Shown here: piece by piece, positions 50,566 to 62,943 of the stretch
Numbering within the stretch: position 1 is the first letter of the stretch
Layout: every line of letters starts with the position of its first letter
Assembly: GCA_002269645.1 (NCBI GenBank)
Contig: NIVC01001361.1
Span: 242,385 to 306,384 of the forward strand
Direction: 5' to 3'
Length of the DNA: 64,000 nt
Origin: Macrostomum lignano
Lineage: Eukaryota
Notes under the pieces: generated by a model
Database searches by the model: none
Seen by the model: only the letters and a program-made list of their open reading frames with translations
Told to the model about the DNA's origin: nothing
Translations under genes and position numbers: made by a program

Positions 50566-51151
50566 GTCTCAACATGTCTCAACATGTCCGTTACATTTTC
50601 TGGTCAAGGACCACTAGAAGAAGAAGGAGACTTCGTTTCTTGGAAAATTTATTAAAGTCTGATTTTCACGGAAAAATACACTAGCGAGATAGGAACTTTT
50701 CACTTTTTTCCCTTTAAAATGGTGATAGCTTTTTATTGGAAGTAGATACAAACCTCTTTTTTGATATAACTTACAAAACATGTTGCTTCAAAGGATTTTA
50801 TGAAGATTTTTTAACAATTAATTGATCTTCATATTATTTTAGTTACTAGCTATATCATGCAGCAATTATAGTTTAAAGCTAACTATAGTGACTAACTTGA
50901 ATTTTACAATATCTTTTTAATCGAATGCATCTATTTGTTAGCAATATATCATTAAAAAACAGTTGGCTATAATTATATGCATAGCTAGTATAGCTAAGGT
51001 ATAGCTACATAATTCAATACTTATCTCAGAGATATCTATGGCCAAACTCTCTTTTCGGTAGAATGCACGAGATGAGCAGTTAATTTATTTAAATTTACTT
51101 TTTCTTTTTGTTTGGTTTGCGTTATAGCAGCTGACACAGGTATCCAGAGCC

Positions 51152-54100
51152 ATGGCCAAGCCAGACGAGGAAGCCACTGGTCGAAAGCGAAACATCCTGT
51201 TAGAGACTTTTGACAGTATCCGGGACGATTTGCGTCGAGGCGAGCATCAATTTGCTGTTAAAGTGCGCATCGTTCGTGGCCGGCAGATTCAGGGCGGCAA
51301 TGTGTCACCCAAGGTTAAACCTTAAATATGATTATAATTGATATAAATAGTGAGCTATATAGTAACTTATTCTGGTTCTTTCATGGCTGCTTGGGTCTAC
51401 ATTTCTGTAGGAGGTTGAGTATACGTTTCTGTAGGAAGTTGAGTATATGTTTCTGTAGGGGGTTGAGTATATGTTTCTGTAGGGGGTTGAGTATACGTTT
51501 CTGTAGGAGGTTGAGTATATGTTTCTGTAGGGGGTTGAGTATATGTTTCTGTAGGAAGTTGAGTATATGTTTCTGTAGGGGGTTGAGTATACGTTTCTGT
51601 AGGAGGTTGAGTATATGTTTCTGTAGGTGGTTGAGTCTACGTTTCTGTAGGGGGTTGAGTATATGTTTCTGTAAGGGGTTGAGTATATGTTTCTGTAGGG
51701 GGTTGAGTATATGTTTCTGTAGGAAGTTGAGTATATGTTTCTGTAGGGGGTTGAGTATATGTTTCTGTAGGGGGTTGAGTATATGTTTCTGTAGGAAGTT
51801 GAGTATATGTTTCAGTAGGGGGTTGAGTATACGTTTCTGTAGGAGGTTGAGTATATGTTTCTGTAGGTGGTTGAGTCTACGTTTCTGTAGGGGGTTGAGT
51901 ATATGTTTCTGTAAGGGGTTGAGTCTACGTTTCTGTAGGGGGTTGAGTCTACGTTTCTGTAGGAGGTTGAGTCTACGTTTCTGTAGGAGGTTGAGTATAT
52001 GTTTCTGTAAGGGGTTGAGTCTACGTTTCTGTAGGGGGTTGAGTATACGTTTCTATAGGGTGTTGGGTCTACGTTTCTGTATAGGTTGAGACGTTTCTCC
52101 AGGGGTTGAGTCTGTCTACGTGTCTATAGACAATGGGGTCTAATATCAACATACTATCTTAACTGAATATAATTTCTCAGCTTCGCTCAAAATCAACCAG
52201 GTGTGCGTCTTATTTATGAAGCAGAAGCGTTGGACCCAGAGAGAGACGAGCAGCACAAATCAGCCATTCTGGGGCGAGAGTTTCCATTTTAGCTGCCTGA
52301 CCAATGTTGAAACCCTGCTGCGCGAGAATGTCACATTTCGCGTGGTGAACAGTCGAATGTTCAGGCGCAACCTGCTCATTGGCGAGTTCCAGCTCAGCAC
52401 CGTGCTGGTGGCTGGCGAACGCGATCGGTCCATGTTCAACCGTTGGTTGGCTATTGTCGATCCGAAGGACCCAGCCACCATGTGCAAAGGATTCTTGCAG
52501 GTCTGCGTGGCCCTGGTGTTCCCCAACGAGCCGGAAGCTCAATGGCCGGACCCGTTGGCTCATAATTCCAGCGTTGAAGACCTGGAATCTACTGTGCTAA
52601 CCTGCTCAGGCTACGCATTCCTAAAGATTACCTTCATACTGTCGGTTTATGTAATGCAGGATATTCCAACACACGATATCAAGGGACAAAAGGTTTGAGT
52701 GGAAGATATTTAAGGCATGATTGGGTGCTGGATAGATGCTTTTACAGTCGCCAGCAAGTTGGTTACATTTTAATGTGTTTGAAATCACTCGTAACAAACA
52801 TCGCTAACGTTTAAGATTATTGAGCCCAGGTGGAAAGCAATTTTATAAGAAAGAACTGAGGGTATTAGGCTGGCTACTATAAAGTAATCGTTTCTCGCAA
52901 AACCACATTATCATGCATAATCGATTCATCGTCAACAATGCACCTCGCCCAGGTAACCAGCGTGGCTATGGGGCTATCTTTTGCCGGCAAGTCGGTGGTT
53001 ACGGAGCCAATTTTCCTGCCAGATTCTGTATCGGAGCCTCTGCAAGTTAAAAAAATCCTGCGACTTACTGTGTCTTGGCCTTCTATGTGCACCAAGCTCA
53101 ACTTTAACCTATACTCTGCCCGCGAAAAGTCTTTAACACCTCTCTGTTGCCACTCGTTTTGCATTCAGGACATTGCGGTGGAGAGTGCGACAGCGCTAAG
53201 ACGGAATGTTAATTCCATGGCTACGAAAAGTGCTGAGCAGCAAACGTCATTGTATGAGCGAACCTACGACGGAAATCGGCGCCGCTCCGATGAAATACAC
53301 CACGAAGCAGGGGCCGTCGGTAAAAAAAATCATGAAAAAACTGATGGCTCAAAGCAGACGTCAAAGGATGACGGCTTCATGCCAAAAATCGGGCCTTGCT
53401 TTGTTAATATGTACGGCGCGCCTCTGGACACGTTTGAGGATAAAATTGACATTCAGTATATTCGCGAGATGAACGACGGCACTATTGAGGGCTGCGCCTA
53501 CCGGGGTCGCGTATTCGTCCGCCTACAGAGCGAGTTCTGCGAGAGCGCCGCGGACGATACTGGCATCCGAGATCTCGAGCTTGGCGCCAAGGAGCAGCGA
53601 GACTTACAGGCGTATGCCAGGTCCAACACCTTCCTACTGTTTGGGACAATCAGCGCTGTGCCTCTTGTGGCCGATGCCAAGAGCCCCGTCCAGTTCGAGC
53701 TCTCAATTGGGCACAACGGCGTCAATAGCATGAGCGCCGCCACCCATTCGAACTGCTATCCGTCAATCTCATTCAGCATTAATCCCAAGGAGATCTTGAA
53801 GACACAGCGGTTGCTCAGCGGCCACTCGTACTCAACCCTAACGCTGGACAATGAGAAGCCGGCCTTCCTCATCGAGAGCAGCTGGGAGGATATCCGCTAC
53901 CGAATGCACTTTTACAATTACGTAGTTAATCTGCATGCAAGTTGGGAGCGGAGCAAAAGTCTGATAGTCATGAGCTACAAGCTGGGACTGCCTCGGGATC
54001 GAGTTCTCTTGTCCATCAGGAGCCTCTGCTGCGAGCTTCAGCAGTGCATGTCTCAGACTCCTGTGCCCAGCAGCACCGCTATGGAGGCGGGCATGAACGA

Positions 54101-57100
54101 TATGGATAAGCAGTGGAAGGCGATGCGCTGCCAGCAGCTCAAAGATATCTTCGACAAGCTGAACACCATTCACAGAATGGCTATTGCTGCTGCGAATTCG
54201 AATAGGCAGATTGAGATGAACCGAGTCGCCTCTCAACTATGCGAAAAATTGACAGATGTTTCACTCTTATTGGAAAACATTAAAAAGGAACCGCAGCTCA
54301 GCATACCGGATGTATTTATATACATGCTGGTCAATAACGAGCGTAAAGCATATGCGCGCCTGCCCGTTGCTAGTATTTATTACTGCCAGGTGGACGCGGT
54401 GCAGTATACGCTGGCTGACTCTCTGGACAAATCCACACCGGATTTGACTCGCTATCGAGGCTCAAAAGCCAATAGAATGGAAACAATCTTCTTCAAGCAC
54501 ATTCCCGGGCTAAGGGGAATCGATCCCGAGGCCTACTGGCCTATTCCTTGCATGGCTCGAATAAAACTGCTTTTCGGCCTGAGCACAACAATGCGCAACG
54601 GCGTGCTGCCTCCTGTCAGCTACTACGGCATCATCTATGAATGCACAAAAATTAGCAGCTTCTTTGATTCAGTTTGTGGCGGACAACAGACTCCCGAGCT
54701 GCTCAACTTCAAGACCGACGCGTCTGGCGTCAACTCAATTGATGCAAGCAGCAGCCTGATCAAAGATAAACTCTGCCAGACAGACGAGGATAACTCGGCC
54801 AACTGGAGGTGGACCAGCGAGTGGTCACCCTGGCCGGATACTTCCGTGCTGGTGAACTCGCTAGTGGAGACAGTATATGACTACGCATACATGGTGCACA
54901 TGCGCGAGAATCCGGTAGACCGAAGCAAAGCCGCGCACTGGCGCTTCCTAGGCTATTACACCGAGGGAATGGTTCGCATTCCGGTCACGGGCAACCGGCC
55001 GGACGTCGATTTTAACATCGATCCCCAACGATGGATTGTAGTGATGGAAAAGGATCCGCTGACGGGTGAGGAAGTTGGCTGGATAGAGGTGAAGGACTCA
55101 GAAGAGTACTGCAAGGACATGAAGTTCTCCCCAAAAGAGGTAACAACAACAGTAAGGCTGGAAAGCAATTTTGCTCGGAAGCAACTGCAGAGGAAACGGA
55201 GACGTCGGGATGTAGTTTATACGGAGTCCATCAATATCACGTTTGTTAGATCGAGCGACAAGCGCTGGAACCTGACGCGCATAAACAGATTCGATGGTTT
55301 TAACAAGCAAATTGAGCTCAATAGGAATGCAATTCGAAGTTGGACGCAGCTGCAAAATCTGAGTCCACTGCCTGTCGACTTAGTCAGCGATTCACTCTGG
55401 CAGTTTGGTCAAAATCGTGATTCAGTCTCATCAAAGGAATCCGGCGATGAAAATCCGAAGACTCGGGTTTTTAGATGGATTGACGATTGGCAGGAAATGA
55501 TGGAGCCAATGGTTAGCAGTGACAAGCGGCTAGTCGAGGTGGTTCTTGAGCGGCGCAAGATTGCTCTTGACGTGCCAATTAATTCTGATGATAAGGCCGT
55601 CCCAGAGAATCATGGCTGCACTGAATACGGCCAGTCACTAACAGAGAGTGTTTTTCATATGAGCCCGCAGAAAGGCGACAGGTTGAAGCGGGTTCGGCTC
55701 CGGCGCTCGATTGACCCTGGCGAGGTCAGTCTGAGCCTGCAATCCACGATACGAGATCGCACCATAAAATTGGCTCCTTATCCAACATTTATGGTGCAGC
55801 GCAGGGTAGGAAAAAAGTCGCGCCTCTGCTGCCTGTTTAACAGCATTGACCAGTTTCCGGCGCCCACCACGGTGACGGCAATCGTAGATGCGCAGCAAAT
55901 CTGCCGCTGGGAGATGCGATGCTACTTTCACGAGGCTCGCGACTTGATCGTAGCCGACAGGAAGGATCGGCTGTACCTGTACGCCATCCTAAGCGTGGCC
56001 GGTGTCAGCGTCGCCTCCTCAATAATTGAGAACGACTTCAACACTCAGCTGTGGCGATGGAATGAGACAATCATCTTTCGCAACTTGGTATTCCATGAGG
56101 ACGTGGAGCAGGTAGCAGCAACGCCGCCAGTTGTTGTGATTGAATTTTTTCGCAAGCTACCAATACACAACGACATGTTCCTCGGTCGATGCATTGTAGA
56201 TAGCGAGAACTTTGTCGTTCAGGTAGATGAGAATCAGACGGAAGACCGCGTACCTGTGCTCCAATGGTACAAAGTGCACTTGCTTAACATAGAAGACGCG
56301 GGCTGTGTGCTGGCCGGTTTCCACTTTCGACATCGGGACACGTTTCGACCGTCGGCAAAAATCTTTGAGAATTCTTTTCTAACTCCACCGTCGAAGAACA
56401 TGGTGGAGTTGTTCAAAAAGGATCGAGTTGTGCTGGACAATATGCGCCGGTTTGAAATACCAGACGCCATTCTGCCCGTGCTTGCGCCTCACGTACTAAA
56501 GATTACCTCGTGGGGTTTGCGCCAGCTGCGCAAGTACATGCTTTCAAGCGTGACCAGGCCGACAATCGAGTTTCGCATAGGGCACAATGTTATTCAGACA
56601 AAGAGTTTAACGCTTGAGAAGAGCCCAAATTTTTCCCAGATGTCTCACTCGCTGCTGATCTTTCTGCCAGTGGAGATCGCCTACCTGCCGGAGCTGTTTA
56701 TTGTTGCCAGGGATGCCAGGTCGTTTGGTCGGACGCCGCTTACTGGCATGGCTAAGATACCCCTGCATGTGTGCCGGTTCAAAGATCAGGTATGCCACAC
56801 GGCTGTTTTTTAACTGGTTTATTCCAGCGTCAGTGTCTGTTCCATTTGATTGTGACAACAGCGGCATAATTTTACTCCTATAGGATTGAGATTTTAATGG
56901 GTGCATTAACACGTTTATACGTTATCACATTTTGTGATAATATCACTTATATTTTTCTTTTTTATCCCAAACTCGTTAACTAAAATGGAGTCAACGTGTC
57001 TAGAAGTCAGAATAATTATCAGCTCAATCCTTCTGATCCTCAATGCCCATGCAGGTTCGCCTTGAGGAGCTGGACCCCGAGGAGATCGACTTCTTTCTAA

Positions 57101-60100
57101 ACGACCTGTGCGGCCGAATCCGCACAATGTCCAGGGCCCAGAATGAGACATACAATCATGTGCATCATCCTTTGCGGCAGGACTTTTCCCGCGAGTTCTT
57201 CTTCCTGTTGGAGCCGCCGCCTGTATTGCACCCAACTGCTGTGCTCAGCGACTTCCAGATTAAGCAATTGAATACGATGCTCACTCAAAAGTCGAAGTCT
57301 CAAGGTTTCAAGGCGAGACTTCGCAGTGCAATTTTTAGTTTCGTTGCGCCTGACAATGAACAGGGCACCGTGGAAACGGACGGCCTGGAAGAGTTCAACG
57401 TCAGGGCTGCTCTGGGCGATGAGACCCTCTCTAAGACCAAACCCGACTGGTGGTGCAAGTACTATCTATCGAAGGAAGACGACTCAACCAAGGCCGTCAA
57501 CTACTTGGAGGGCGATCGGCTCGAGTTTTATCGAACCAGCCTGGAGGACGCGGAGGTGACTATTGGCGATCCGGAATCGCTAAGGGCGGCTGCAAAACGA
57601 CTGGGCGAGCTTTACCAAATTAGTTCTGAAATTGAATCGAATGTAGCAAAGTCTGATGAAGACATGACGGCAAGCCTCGGCATCGTGAAGTACAACGGCT
57701 TCGAGGATGTGTTTGAAGAAATCAATCTGCAGCGCTGCAATCAGATGACCGGCGACGAGGAGGGTCGCAAATTCGGCTGCTTCCTTGGAAAGGTGCGACT
57801 CTACTATGTTGGAGCTTTAGCTGGAGCTGCCGAAGTTAGCGAAAAGCTCGAAGATCTTTACAAGACCAAACAAAAGATGCGTGAGCTGCCGTACAATCCT
57901 CTGTATAGCAGTGTGCCCGTGGAAATGGCTGATCAGGAGTGTCTGGTGCGGGTTTACATTGTGCGTGCATTAGAACTTCAGGCTGGAAGCTTCTCTAACC
58001 TGCCAAACTCCTACGTTGAAGTGTTCACTGCAGACAACAAGAGCGAGAATCAACTGCGCAGCAATCGAGCCTCCTCTGTGGAGATGGACAACAACCCTGT
58101 ATACGGCTGCATGTTCGAGCTGTACTGCATTTTACCAATGCAGACCAGACTGCGCGTTCGAGTCATGGACAAATCCGGTTTACTATTCGACGAAGAGATC
58201 GGCTCTACGTCAATCAATTTGGAGCGGCGTATGACCACTATCTACCGGGCCAGCTGCGGCCTGCCGCAGAACTATCGCTTGAGCGGCATCAACGCCTGGC
58301 GAGACGTGCAGAAGCCCAGCCAGATACTCTCTCGGCTCTGTCGCCGGTTCGGCCTGGAGTCGCCACGGGCTGAGACGTTGCACGAAGACACCGACGACCA
58401 GGCCGGCGCCGGAGACGACGACGAGGCGAGGCGAGATTCAGGCGCCAAGGTGCTGCACAGGTACAAGGTTTTCCCGCCGCGAACTTGGCAGGGAGAGAAC
58501 CGGCACCGCAAGTTGCGGTCCGTCTCTGGCTACCGCGACAATAGATCGCAAATGTTGGCTATGCAAAGCAACGTTGAGGACGAAGATAATTCTGGCGCCG
58601 AGAAGCCGCAGGTTGCCGAGGAGAACGAAGGCAGCAGAGCCAGCTCCCGCGGTAGCTTCCGCGGCAGCTACCGAGAACGCAGCGGAAGCCGTGCTGGGGG
58701 CGGTAGCCGCCTCGGTGATGGCGATGCCATCTCAGTATCGACGGATGGAGACGATGAGGAGGAAGAAGTTACGGCTGGAGCAAGCCCTCTCTTGGATATG
58801 ACGCCTAACTTTCTCACCACCAACATCATCTCAGCCATTCGCCAGGTGACGCCCCGCGCAGCTCCGAAAACCCAGTTGCCAGCCGTGTTCAAGTTAGAGG
58901 AATTTGATCGCATGAACGAAGAACGCGGAATTCACCTAGGGCCCAACGATCATGAGCCCGAAATCTGCAGGGAGCGCCTAGCATTGAACATTCTTCGCCG
59001 ACTGCCGTTGGTTCGGGAACACGTTGAAACTAGACCGCTGTACAATGCCTTGCAACCTGGCTTGGTGCAAGGCCGCCTGGAGATGTGGGTGGATATCTTC
59101 AGCTTGGGAGGCCTATCCCAGCGAGGCGCTAGTGACGATGGCAAGAAGCTCAAAGCCGAGGAGATGATTTCAAAGCTTCGCGACTTGCTGCCGCCTGCGG
59201 TGAGCATCGCGCCGCGCGAACCTCAGCCGTACGAGCTACGCGTGGTGATGTGGAGCGTCCACGATGTCATCGCCGAGCTGACCAGCCAGGAGAAAACAAC
59301 CGGCGACTTGTACATCCGCGCCTGGATGGAGGGCCTCGGTGATACGCAGGAGACGGACGTGCACTACAATTCGTTGCAGGGTGAGGGCGAGTTCAACTGG
59401 CGATTCGTGTTCCAGCTGGACTATCTGCCGCATGAGAGAACCATCTGCGGCAAGCAGAAGGTCAGCCTGTTCACCCGTGTGCTCACCAAGATCCCCCCGA
59501 TGCTGCACATCCAGGTGAGCCTAAAGTGATAGAACTAAAAAACTGACACGGTTTGTTGAATGCTCCAAACAGGAAAAATCAGAGGAATGAGGGACAAGTC
59601 GGTGGGATGAAAGACAAGTTGGAGGGATGACAGACAAGTCGGAGGGATGAGAGACAAGTCGGAGGGATGAAAGTCAAGTCGGAGGGATGAGAGACAAGTC
59701 GGAGGGATGAGAGACAAGTCGGAGGGATGACAGGCAAGTCGGAGGGATGAGAGACAAGTCGGAGGGATGAAAGACAAGTCGGAGGGATGAAAGTCAAGTC
59801 GGAGGGATGAGAGACAAGTCGGAGGGATGAAAGACAAGTCGGAGGGATGAAAGACAAGTCGGAGGGATGAAAGAAAAGTCGGAGGGATAAAAGACAAGTT
59901 GGAGAGATGAGGGACAAGTCGGAGGGATGAAAGTCAAGTCGGAGGGGCAGAAGCTACCCGTGCAGTCTTAACCCGAAACGGAATCCCATCAAATGAAACT
60001 TAAAACTGATCAGGTTTGGGACAACCGACGCTTCCGTTTCGACGACTTTATCGGCAGCGTCGAGCTGGACCTCGCCAAGCTGCTGCAGCCGGCGCGGCAC

Positions 60101-60619
60101 AAAGACGAATGCCAGCTGCGCCAGCGATGGCAGATGGGCTCTGTCAATGACATGCCCGGCGCCCGGTCCATCGTGTCCAACCGGTCAACCGTCTTGAATT
60201 CCGCTGTCGCAGTCCCGACGCCCTCCGTCAATCTGTTCGAAGTGCAGCGGGTCTATGGCTACTGGCCGCTGAGCGCCTGCAAGTCTATGGAGGCCCTGGA
60301 AAGCAAGTCCGGTGCCTGGATGGTTGGCAAGGCTCTAATGGAGCTGGAGATTCTGTCGCGAGAGGAAGCCGAGCTGAAGCCGGCCGGCCTGGGCCGAGGT
60401 GAACCCAACCAGCATCCGTACCTGCCGCCGCCGAGCAGGCTAACAATCAGCAACAGCTTCTGGTCCAGCGCTTTGGCCGCGTTTCGAACCATTTTCTGGC
60501 CAAAGTACAAATGGTACATCATAGCGGCTCTGCTGGCGGTGGCCTTTCTGGCCATCCTAATAGTCGCCATCGTACAGATGCCGATGTCGACTCTCACAAA
60601 TAATGCCGTAAATATTTGA
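51152..60619 (+). CDS. Divergent type-I (DysF-containing, dysferlin/myoferlin-like) ferlin, 2518 aa, 5 exons
   Basis: Exons 51152-51313, 52201-52692, 52953-56789, 57055-59514, 60014-60619, all phase 0. Multiple C2 domains; FerI/FerA/FerB-like motifs (GFMPKIGPCFVNMYG, EGCAYRGRV, EPQLSIPDVFIYM); nested DysF-like Trp/Arg motifs (~54780-55730); PWRD-like AWRDVQKPSQ; EHVETRPLY; TDVHYNSLQGEGEFNWRF; C-terminal TM. No C2A seen. Confidence 0.95.
51400..52125 (+). repeat. 24-bp minisatellite (TTTCTGTAGGGGGTTGAGTATATG) in ferlin intron 1
   Basis: About 29 tandem units. Confidence 0.96.
59580..59945 (+). repeat. 20-bp minisatellite (GTCGGAGGGATGAAAGACAA) in ferlin intron 4
   Basis: About 18 tandem units. 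Confidence 0.96.
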
Positions 60620-61623
60620 TAGATTTAAGATTGAAAGCCGCAATTTAGCTTGTGACAAGCTTACCTCTATAGCAAATATTTTCTTTTTTATTCATGCTTT
60701 CTCATTCATACAAGTCTTTTTAAATGTAGATTCTGTTACTGTTTAATTTTTGTAGTAACATCTTTCGCTGTATCCTAGCAAGAGTTTTATCCGTAACAAT
60801 GTCCGTACACTGTTTAGAACAAAAATAGGTCTGCCATAACTACAGCGCAATTTCTGCACACTCGAGTCTTTCTGTAGTTATTCGACCATGCTTTCTCGAC
60901 GAATTTGCCTCGCGTGCAGTTGCTTGAGGGCAGACACAGTCGGGTGATAAGTAGAGAGAGCAAATGAGCGACTTGCCGCCGTGGCGTAATGCAATACATT
61001 ATTCCTATCAACTCGATTTACTCGCACCGATGGCTGCTCCTTCATCTGTTGGGGTAATTTTCTCTGTCTCCCTGACTCTGCAGATAGTTGTCTGTCTTGC
61101 CGGTCCGTTCCGTCAAGATGAAACGGCCGAGCGGTTTGGCTGGTTGGCCTCCATAAGAGGCTGGCATGCGCAAAATCTCCCGTTTGAAGATAAGGCCGCC
61201 CCAGCCAAGGTTTGAAGCGCCACCAAACGAGCTGTCACGGGCGCCTGTAACGAGCCGCTCTTAGAGTGGAAACGGAGCCCAGCCTCTCAGGTCTTCTCTG
61301 TGAAGATTCCGAAGAAGTTTCGCCATAGTCGGGAATGCAATTTGTCAGGCAAACGAGGCGTAGGCTTCCTCATAGTAGCTTCCTTTCCTCATCTCTCTGC
61401 CTTCGTCTTCATCTATTTCTTTCACGGCGCTAGGAGACTAGGGGATGAGGCCGAGCGGGACAGAAATTGAATTATGACTCAAATACGCGCCAGTTTTTTC
61501 TCTTTTCAGGGAGGAAAGCAGCGGAAAGAGCGGGTGGAATGATTGAATTTCCCAACGGGCCGCCCCCCACCAGCCCGGTCACCTACTCGACTGATATTAT
61601 TTGGCGATAGGGCGCAGCTTCAG

Positions 61624-61743
61624 ATTGGCTCTTCTATCACTTCCACTCAGGCCAGCGCCTGCCACTAGGAAGGAGAGAGATTGGCTCTCGGAGGTTGATG
61701 GCGCCCGCAAGATAAGTAGGGCCTCATTTTTGCCGGCTATAAG
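61624..61743 (+). promoter_or_regulatory. Putative bHLH-gene core promoter: two reverse CCAAT boxes and TATAAG
   Basis: ATTGG at 61624-61628 and 61680-61684; TATAAG at 61738-61743, about 50 bp before the ATG. Confidence 0.45.
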
Positions 61744-61793
61744 CAAAGAAGGGCGAGCATATTAGCGCTCCGAGCCAATAATCCGAGCCAGGA

Positions 61794-62943
61794 ATGACGG
61801 AACCGTCCAGTGTCACCGTTAGAGATAAAGCCGCCGAGGACCGGGCAAGCGGCTACTTCTACGATGACAACGACATCGACGTTGACAACGAGGACGACGA
61901 CTTCGGCGACAAAGAAAGAGCTGAGTTGGACGACGACCCCGGCTGCTGCAATGAGCTTCCGCAACAGCTGCAAGCTTCGTCGTACTCAAGCGGACTTCAG
62001 TCAGCTAGGTTCGGTGAGAAGGTTCCGCAGCCGTCGCGGCCGCCGCAGTCTCACGGCCGGCACCAGAAGAGCCAGCAGTTGCAGCCGCAGCCCGGCAAGG
62101 AGTCCAAACGGCTGCGGCTGAATGTCAACGCCAGGGAGCGCCGTCGAATGCACGATTTGAACGACGCCCTGGACGAGCTGAGGAGCGTCATTCCCTACGC
62201 CCACTCGCCTTCGGTACTCGACGATTAATAATTTGCTATTTTTAAAGTAGTTTGTTAATTGAGCTCAACTTGAAGAGGCTCAGAAACAAAAACTGTCTTG
62301 TACGTGGATTGTCGTGTCGTCACGCTGAGACCGTACGGGCCTGAGGACCCGATAAAAAGCAACACTGCACTGCCATTTCTGCGCCAAATGACACAGGAAA
62401 AGACCATAAAGGCTAAAACCAAAATATGTGCCATAAACATGTAGTTCCATTTGGCACAATATCCGATTGAAATAACTGTGCCAATATGCATACTCGTTGA
62501 GAGCACACTTTTACACAACTCTGCCAACTGTGACACAACCCACGTCAGTTGGGCTCACTTGGGGGCACTGTTGGCACATTTATTTTTGGTCGGGGATTAG
62601 AGGGAATGTTCAGGGGCCGCCGTACATGTACACCCGCGAGAGCGTGGGTGCTCAGGGATCAGCGGAAGGGACAGGGCCGCTTGCCTTCTCCTTGCAAAGT
62701 AACTATAGCTCAACCAAAGAGTGTCTTGACCAATCCTTGCAACCTCAGGTGAGAAAGCTGTCCAAGATAGCCACCCTGCTGCTGGCCAAGAACTACATCC
62801 TGATGCAGGCCAACGCGCTGGAGGAGCTCCGACAGATCATCACCAGCATCAACCGGCAGACTGGGGTGCTCGGTGCACCGCGCCCCGGCGCAACGCCGGC
62901 CGGCAGGCGCTCCATCAGACCGCGGCTGCCACGGCTGCGCTAA
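61794..62943 (+). CDS. BHLHE22: Olig-family bHLH transcription factor (BHLHE22/BHLHE23, Beta3/Oli-like), 2 exons
   Basis: Exon 1 61794-62213 plus exon 2 62749-62943 (phase 0) gives [35 protein letters not shown]|[28 protein letters not shown], essentially the BHLHE22/23 domain. The true C-terminus may run to 63089 (see findings). Confidence 0.95.

Noticed and set aside
3684-59945. Arrays as CRISPR loci
   Set aside because: No unique spacers between repeats, no cas genes, and an intron-containing eukaryotic context.
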